64,000 bases of DNA from Takakia lepidozioides (taxonomy: Eukaryota; Plantae; Bryophyta), in assembly GCA_030704615.1 (NCBI GenBank), contig CM060732.1, positions 66,216,001 through 66,280,000 of the forward strand. Direction: 5' to 3'. Below are positions 57,465 through 64,000 of this stretch, one piece after another. A model generated the notes under the pieces. It was given only the letters and a program-made list of their open reading frames with translations, was not told the DNA's origin and made no database searches. Position 1 is the stretch's first letter, and each line of letters begins with the position of its first letter. The translations under genes and the position numbers were made by a program.

Positions 57465-60400
57465 ATGACAGGCATTGCGTCGATGACTCTTGCTTCCTGC
57501 TTCGCCAAGTCCGAGAGTTGTGGTATTCACACCGCAGTAAAAATTTCATTCACCTCCCCTGCTCGATCGACAAGAGGGATGCTCCCCTCCAATGCCAGGT
57601 TACAGCTGTCGGCTCCAAAATCCTTGAGTTTCGGCATCTCTCTCGTGCAGTTTCAATGGGGGGGCGGCTGTGCACAAGGATTTGGCAGGAACACGTTATC
57701 TTTCCGGAAGGGCCAAATTAGAGTAGAGGCCTCAGATGCTGCCACCAGCCACGAGAAGGTGGAGGTACGTTGTGTTTGTTGATCATTTTTTCCAGCAGGG
57801 ACGTCTTAGCTTTGCGGTGTTGATGATGGCAGTTTTATCTCCATAGCTGAACGGATGCAGAAATTGAAGCAGCATGCTTCCGAAGCCATGTTACTCTCCA
57901 CTTAACTGTGGGAGTTTGTGGACGCAGTCTGTTCTGACCATACAGCGTGAGCTCTAGTCCGCAGTCAGTTGGTATTCCCACCCTTTTGTATAGAACTGGG
58001 ATTTTATTAGGTTGCATATTGTTCTCTGACTAGGGAGGGCTTAACATTGTTGTGCTAGTCGTTTTAACAGACAGAGGTGCTCCCTCTGGTTGGAGCATAA
58101 GCTCTCCAGGGACAGCAGAAGGATTGGACTATAATGCTGTGCCGTTTTTCTGTAATTCTTCAGTGCAGTTATTATATGTGGGATTACGGCCTAGGGTCAA
58201 CAATCCATCACATTGTGCTCCCACTTCTTTTTATGCTTTCACAGTGGGTTTAGGATTGCCAAAAAAAATGTAGTGAATTGTCCAACAACTAAATGCATTA
58301 GTTACCCATGGCTAAGGTCTGGCATCCTGGTTAAAGAATCAAGACAGCCAAATCTAGGTCTCAGAAAGTCTAGCACAAAGCCAGGTTGCAGGTTGTGGAA
58401 GTGCCAGCATTAGAGGCAAAATCTGGAATATGATTGAGAAGCCGTTGTGTGTACCATTGTCGTCTAAAAACTCAGATCCAGCTTAACTGAGCTGGAGCTT
58501 TAAGTAGCATATCTGAACAACAACTATGGTAGGTTCTGAGGCAGTAAGGACTCTGTTTTTCTCTTACCCTTCCTGTGCTTGCCCATCTCCTTCCTTGCCA
58601 ATGGTTGATGACAACCTCCAGAAACTTGGAAGTAATTACACAGGGAAAAATTTGGGTGTTATGGCATATAGGTGGTCTATAACCCACAAAAGCGATTCGA
58701 TGAGTTGACCGGGGAGCTTGACAGCTCTTCATCATTGCATCTGTCCCATTTGACCCTCTTTTCACCCTCTAAGGTATGAAGTCGGGGGTTCTGGCAACAC
58801 AGAATCTTGCTTCAGTGAGTTTGCGAGTTCCACCTTGGCTTTCTGTTGTATTGTTCTGTTGAAACTGTGCATGATGATTTTATTGCAACAGTGCATGTTT
58901 TTGCATACACTCGTCACATACTGCCAAGTTATCAGGAAACATCCGTGCCGAATGTCTCTCTTTGGCCAGTACGATGCATGGGCTCACAAATGTACCTCCT
59001 ATCTTGGCACAGGTCAATGTGTTTTTGAGGATCACAAATAAGCGACCTGATGGTTACCATGACCTTGCCTCACTCTTTCATGTATATTTCGCCCTCTTAT
59101 CCTTTGCTATGATTTATGCAAGTCTTTCAGTTTTGTGAGTTGCCAGTTTCTTGTGCGTCCCCTTGTGGATTGAGCATGCCTATACACACACACACACACG
59201 GATCTGGCATCACAAAGGACAACAGCCAAGGACACAGGTAGACAAAAATGAGGGTTTTGCTTATGTCTACCTTCACATAAAATATTGAAGTAAGAAGTTA
59301 TCTAAATCGGGGGAGCAGACCACCTGCCCTTTGGTTAGACTTGTATCATCAAATGTATTCATTTTCCTACAGACCACCTCAACATTCTAACTATTCCTTG
59401 CAGGTGATTAGCTTAGGGGACATCATCAAATTTTCAGTCTCGCCCTCTACTACCAAGGATTCCCTGACAACCAATGCATTTGGTGTTCCGCTTGATGATA
59501 GAAACTTGGTAAGCTCAAATAATTTGTCAAGAAAAGTATCGATTAGCAACATGGTAGAGATCCAATGCTTAGTGGATTCTGTTCTCATTGCCGCTTTCCT
59601 TCTTTCCTACTCTGCTCTTCCTGTTTTGTGCCAAAGTTTCCACAGTCAAGTGTTGACACCCTCACATCAATAAATTTAGTGGTAAGATGCCAGTTTTTTT
59701 TGGAAAGTGAATATGTGAACATCTCTCAGACAACCGTAGTGCCTTGCTTGTTAAGATGAAGCTCTGAACAATGTAATTGATTACAATAATATTTTTGCAG
59801 ATTATCAAGGCTTTCAACTTGTATAGAAAGAAGACAGGAAGCAACAAATATTTCTGGGTATCTTGCTTTCTCTCCTTGCAACCTGTGGAACTTCTCTAGA
59901 TGCTTTGTCTTGAAAACTGCAGTGTTGCGAAACCCCAGTGAAAACCCCGTGAAAACTCCAGTGTTGTGAGTTCTGTGATGGTTCATGGCAACCTTTAAGC
60001 ATGGGAAGAATCTGTGCAATATGATGTCCACGCTCATACCACGGAAGCTCTATGCGTATCAGAAAGAAGTAAAGGGGAGGAAGGATGGAGAAGGGAAGGG
60101 GACGGGCGTACAAGAGTTTAGAACGAGCTATTAAAACTTTACCTGTGTACAGATACATTTGGACAAGCGAGTGCCAACAGGGGCAGGTCTTGGAGGTGGA
60201 AGTGGAAATGCAGCCACTGCTTTGTGGGCAGCTAACCAACTCAACGGAAACCTTGTCAGTGAAAAGGAGCTTCAGGAGTGGTCAGGAGAGATTGGATCAG
60301 ACTGCCCATTCTTCTTCTCCAAAGGGGCAGCCTATTGCACCAGCAGAGGAGAGGTTTGCACTCCGAGGACCTATTTACAGCTGAACTTGTAGATCAGTGT

Positions 60401-62197
60401 AACAAAGTAATCCTCACTTATGGAATTCAAGAGGATCTCCTAACCTGGTTGATCATGAGCAGGTGGTGCAGGATATCATGCCCCCTATCCCTTTGGATAC
60501 TCCAATGGTGCTCATCAAACCCAAAGAGGAGTGCTCTACTGCCGAGGTTTACAAGGTACCTACCTTTCGACACCTGGTCATTTTGTGTGTTGTCTGTCTG
60601 GCAAAATGCTACTGAGGTACTTAGGAGACAATAATCATGCAAACACACTCACACATATCGACAGCAACCTCCTAGACATGAGGTCTCAACTTTGGCTTCA
60701 AGACATCCATCCATGTGCCATACACTTTTGCAAATTTGTTCCAACATCAGAATATTTGCTGTTTCAAAGTCAGTTGTTGGATGTGCAGCGGTTTTCAATG
60801 GATAGAGTGAGCAAAGTAGACCCTGAGGAGCTGTTGAAACAAATTTCAGAGAATGGAATCTCACAGAGTATTTGTGTGAATGACCTTGGTATGTGCCCTC
60901 AAATCTCCTCATAGGGTGGACCGCGGATTGTTTAATGAAATTCCTAGGTGAATTGAAGTAAGACTGCAAATTCCCCATCTACATCTCTTTTCCAATCTTT
61001 CCTTTATTGCAAGTGAGTATGTTCTTGCGCTTGGTAATTTGCTTTGATGGATCCTAACTCTCTGGCACTATGATTGAAAAATTGAGTTGGTATATTGATG
61101 GAGTGACTTGAATGAAAAAGGTAGAACCCCCTGCATTTGAGGTGTTGCCATCGTTGAGGTTGCTGAAGCAGCGTGTTACTGCTGCGGGCCGTGGCCGTTA
61201 TCAAGCTGTGTTCATGTCTGGAAGGTGCACATCCTGTCTCTTCAGCTGGTATTCATGCTTTTGATCTTTAACAAAGGTGAAGAACCTTCTCTTTATGCTC
61301 TTTCCAACAGTGGAACCTAATCCAGTGTAGGAAGATTCCAATATGGCATGGGGTCTTTCTACAATCAACACAAGAGGCAGCTATCAAGACTTTAGCACGA
61401 GCCTGTAAATGATCTGGTTGACTGGTCAAGCTTGACTGCTGGCTGTCCAAGAATGTGGCTTCCATGGCAAGCTGTGTAGAACGAGCTTCATCGAGTGAGC
61501 ATCCTGTGTTGTGCTTGGCTGTGCGCTCCATGGCAAGCCGCTGAAGGTTCTCAACTTTTCTGTTGTAAATTTTCTTGGGCCTTTGCACTCTCTGTCAACC
61601 TAAAGGTTGTTGTGGGGGACTGCAGTGGAAGCACAATTGTGGGTGTGGGCGACACCGAGCCTCCCCAATTTGTATATGATGAGGAGCAATTCTGTGACGT
61701 TTTCGTCTCAGGTTGGTAGCATCCCTCAGCTGTCGAGATTTTCCACATGAGGTTGTGTGGAATTGTGAAGCCTTTCTCACATCCGCTTGTCCCCTTTGCA
61801 AAAGTTTAACTCCAACTGGTCATGGGAGTGCAAAATGAGGAGTAGTGGTGGGGGGTAGTGGCAACAATGGGTACGAGGGCTGAAGCACCCTTGAGTGCCC
61901 AAGGCACTCAAGGAGGCGGAGGCGCGAAGGTGAATAGTGCAATGTTTGGTCCTACACAACTAGTGGCACATGCTCCTTGTCCGTCTCTTGCCCTTCTGTT
62001 TCATTATTACAGTGCTTCTCAAGATGAGAAACCAACTGAGTTCTACAGTCCAGCAGACATTAAGCACCTGTGCTCATAGACATGTTTGTGGATATGCCCC
62101 CGCAGAGGCATATTTTCTAACTCGAAAGGAGAACGAATGGTATCAGCAACCCACAGCACAGGGATCATCAACTGATGAGCTGGACAAGACTAGCTGA
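57465..62197 (+). CDS. ISPE: 4-diphosphocytidyl-2-C-methyl-D-erythritol kinase (MEP pathway), 11 coding exons
   Basis: Exons ~57465-57764, 58672-58773, 59012-59080, 59404-59508, 59801-59857, 60153-60353, 60463-60555, 60789-60888, 61125-61223, 61626-61711 and 62106-62197. Motifs SPSKVNVFLRI, DGYHDLASLF, KRVPTGAGLGGGSGNAA, IGSDCPFF, NDLEPPAF and MSGSGST. Confidence 0.96.
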
Positions 62198-64000
62198 AAT
62201 GAAGAAAAGAGTAGCTGAGGGAATCACCTGCTGCCTCGTGGATATGAGACTAAGACATGAATTCTCCTACGTATCTCGATGTAGAGGGTGGCAAGAAAGA
62301 AGAGGGGAAGGTGGAGGGCTGGAGGGCTGGAGGAGAGTAGATCAGCACTATCAATGAAGGATAGAAACAGGAGCTGTAACAAGGCTTCCTGATGAAGGGC
62401 AGAAATAATTTATGAAGCGACTAATGTGTTACAATACAATCAAGATTGTCTGAGTGAAGCTATAACCACCATTTGCTGATGGTGCCTCATCTCGCAATGG
62501 GATCTTTCAACTGCCTTAGTCAGCTAATTGCTGTTGCCTATTCAATGCACATACTTATAGTTAGTAGGTTTCAGACATGGTCATCTCTCAAGGCTTCATA
62601 GACCATGAGAAGAGCGCAAGAAGAGTAGAAGGGCTCAGACTAATTTGCAGCTAACCAGAGCTTTGCAACCACCATGCCCACTAACATACTCTTTTCTAGT
62701 GGAGCTTGGGAGAAGTCTAAAGGTTTTGCCATGGGGCCACCGCCCAAACCTTGACAGCATCACCTTCCCACTTGTGATCTAAAGCCAAAGGCCTCTTTCA
62801 CAGTAACCTCGCCATGAAGCTGTCCAAATGGGACACTGCCCAAGGGAAGGGGGAGAAGAGGATACCACACCCATCAAGTAGTAGGATTTGACCCCAGGAT
62901 TATCTGGGTGGCACTCAGTGCACTGAGCTACCAACTGTTGATTGAGATTCTATTACCGAAGTTCTTATGATTAAAAGAGTCCATGCACTTCAACTACTAT
63001 CCACAACACATTTGGAGCCTACTTCTTAACTTTACATCATTGAATGACTTTGATTGGATGGTTTGAGTTAAATATGCACTTGCTGACTATTAATCTTGGG
63101 AGGTTTGAGATAGTGACCTTTCCAATCTCAAAACTTTTTGCACCAAAATCCTCCCCTTATTTCACGTAACCGCCGCGTAATCAATGTGAATTTAATTTAG
63201 GGTGAATACACTTTCTTGGGCACGAGTCTATCGACAACTGAGGTAGCCATAGAAAAGATTCTTTCAATCTCTATCACAGTGCGGGGACATGTCCAACAAG
63301 AAAAGCAACAGTGGGGCCCTAGTTAAGATTACAGCAAAGGCCTTGGATTTGGTTTGGTTGCATGAACCCTAACTAGTAAGCCCCGGGAGTCCTTCCTGAT
63401 CTGGTATTGGACTGAGCACCTGGTATTAACCCTGATAACAACCCTGGTATTAGAGAACAGACCAGCCTGGTAGTTCATTGTTGATACTAGCTCAGTTCGT
63501 TTTGCCGCCGTTACTCCACTGGTATCGATGACGAATGAGCTTCAAATTCGAGTCAAATTCATCACGAAAACAACTAGTGAAGCATGCAAATGAGGCCAAA
63601 GTGGAATTACGAAGCTTCTCTAGGTGTATTACACAACACATTTTGGTATATAGGACACCAACCAAGAGATTCACATATCAGACACAAATCAGGTCAAAAG
63701 TCACCGCAGATTCCAAAATGAGCTCATAGTTGCCCATAGTGCACAAAATCTCCCTAAATCTCACAGCAGTAATCACACCTGTATTCATACCAGGGCATAA
63801 GTAATTCACAATGCCTTCATTATAGATACCAGACTGGTATGTAAATTCAAGCAATCCATTCCAGCAATCCTCCGGTACTTCATTCTGGCAGCCACCCATA
63901 TACCAGGATCAGCCTGTTATCACAAAATGCCAATACCAGACCAACACTGATCCTCACCCCCGGACAAAAGAATCTTGAACAGAATTAAAACTGAGAGTTT

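Overview
Eukaryotic nuclear DNA from a green plant, probably a non-seed land plant (inferred from spliceosomal introns, plastid-targeted genes and the transposon types). The first ~47.6 kb is a nested transposon pile. (i) A decayed Ty3/Gypsy element with a dUTPase-like domain between protease and RT; its gag is split by (ii) an 18,350-bp DNA transposon (637-18986; 30-bp TIRs, 4-bp AGCG TSD, Sola-like DDD transposase). That transposon carries decayed intron-containing cargo (ParB/Srx-like domain, degenerate amino-methyltransferase-like fold, two FCP1/NIF HAD domains, a YSPxSP repeat peptide) and about 12 dispersed copies of a 24-bp palindrome, AACSTCSACTG-NN-CAGTSGASGTT. (iii) A CACTA MITE, a perfect 60-bp tandem array, an L1-type LINE split by a foldback MITE, and an intronless 60S acidic ribosomal protein P2 gene. 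(iv) A second Ty3/Gypsy element whose pol has a complete DNMT3-like C5-cytosine methyltransferase domain between protease and RT and a PHD finger after integrase, preceded by an extra ORF. The last ~16 kb holds three host genes: chloroplast Cpn60 alpha (minus, 9 exons), an mTERF12-like gene (minus) and ISPE/CMK (plus, 11 coding exons). The best novelty candidates are the ParB-like cargo/palindrome giant transposon and the DNMT+PHD retrotransposon. All domain calls are by eye from motifs; no searches were run.
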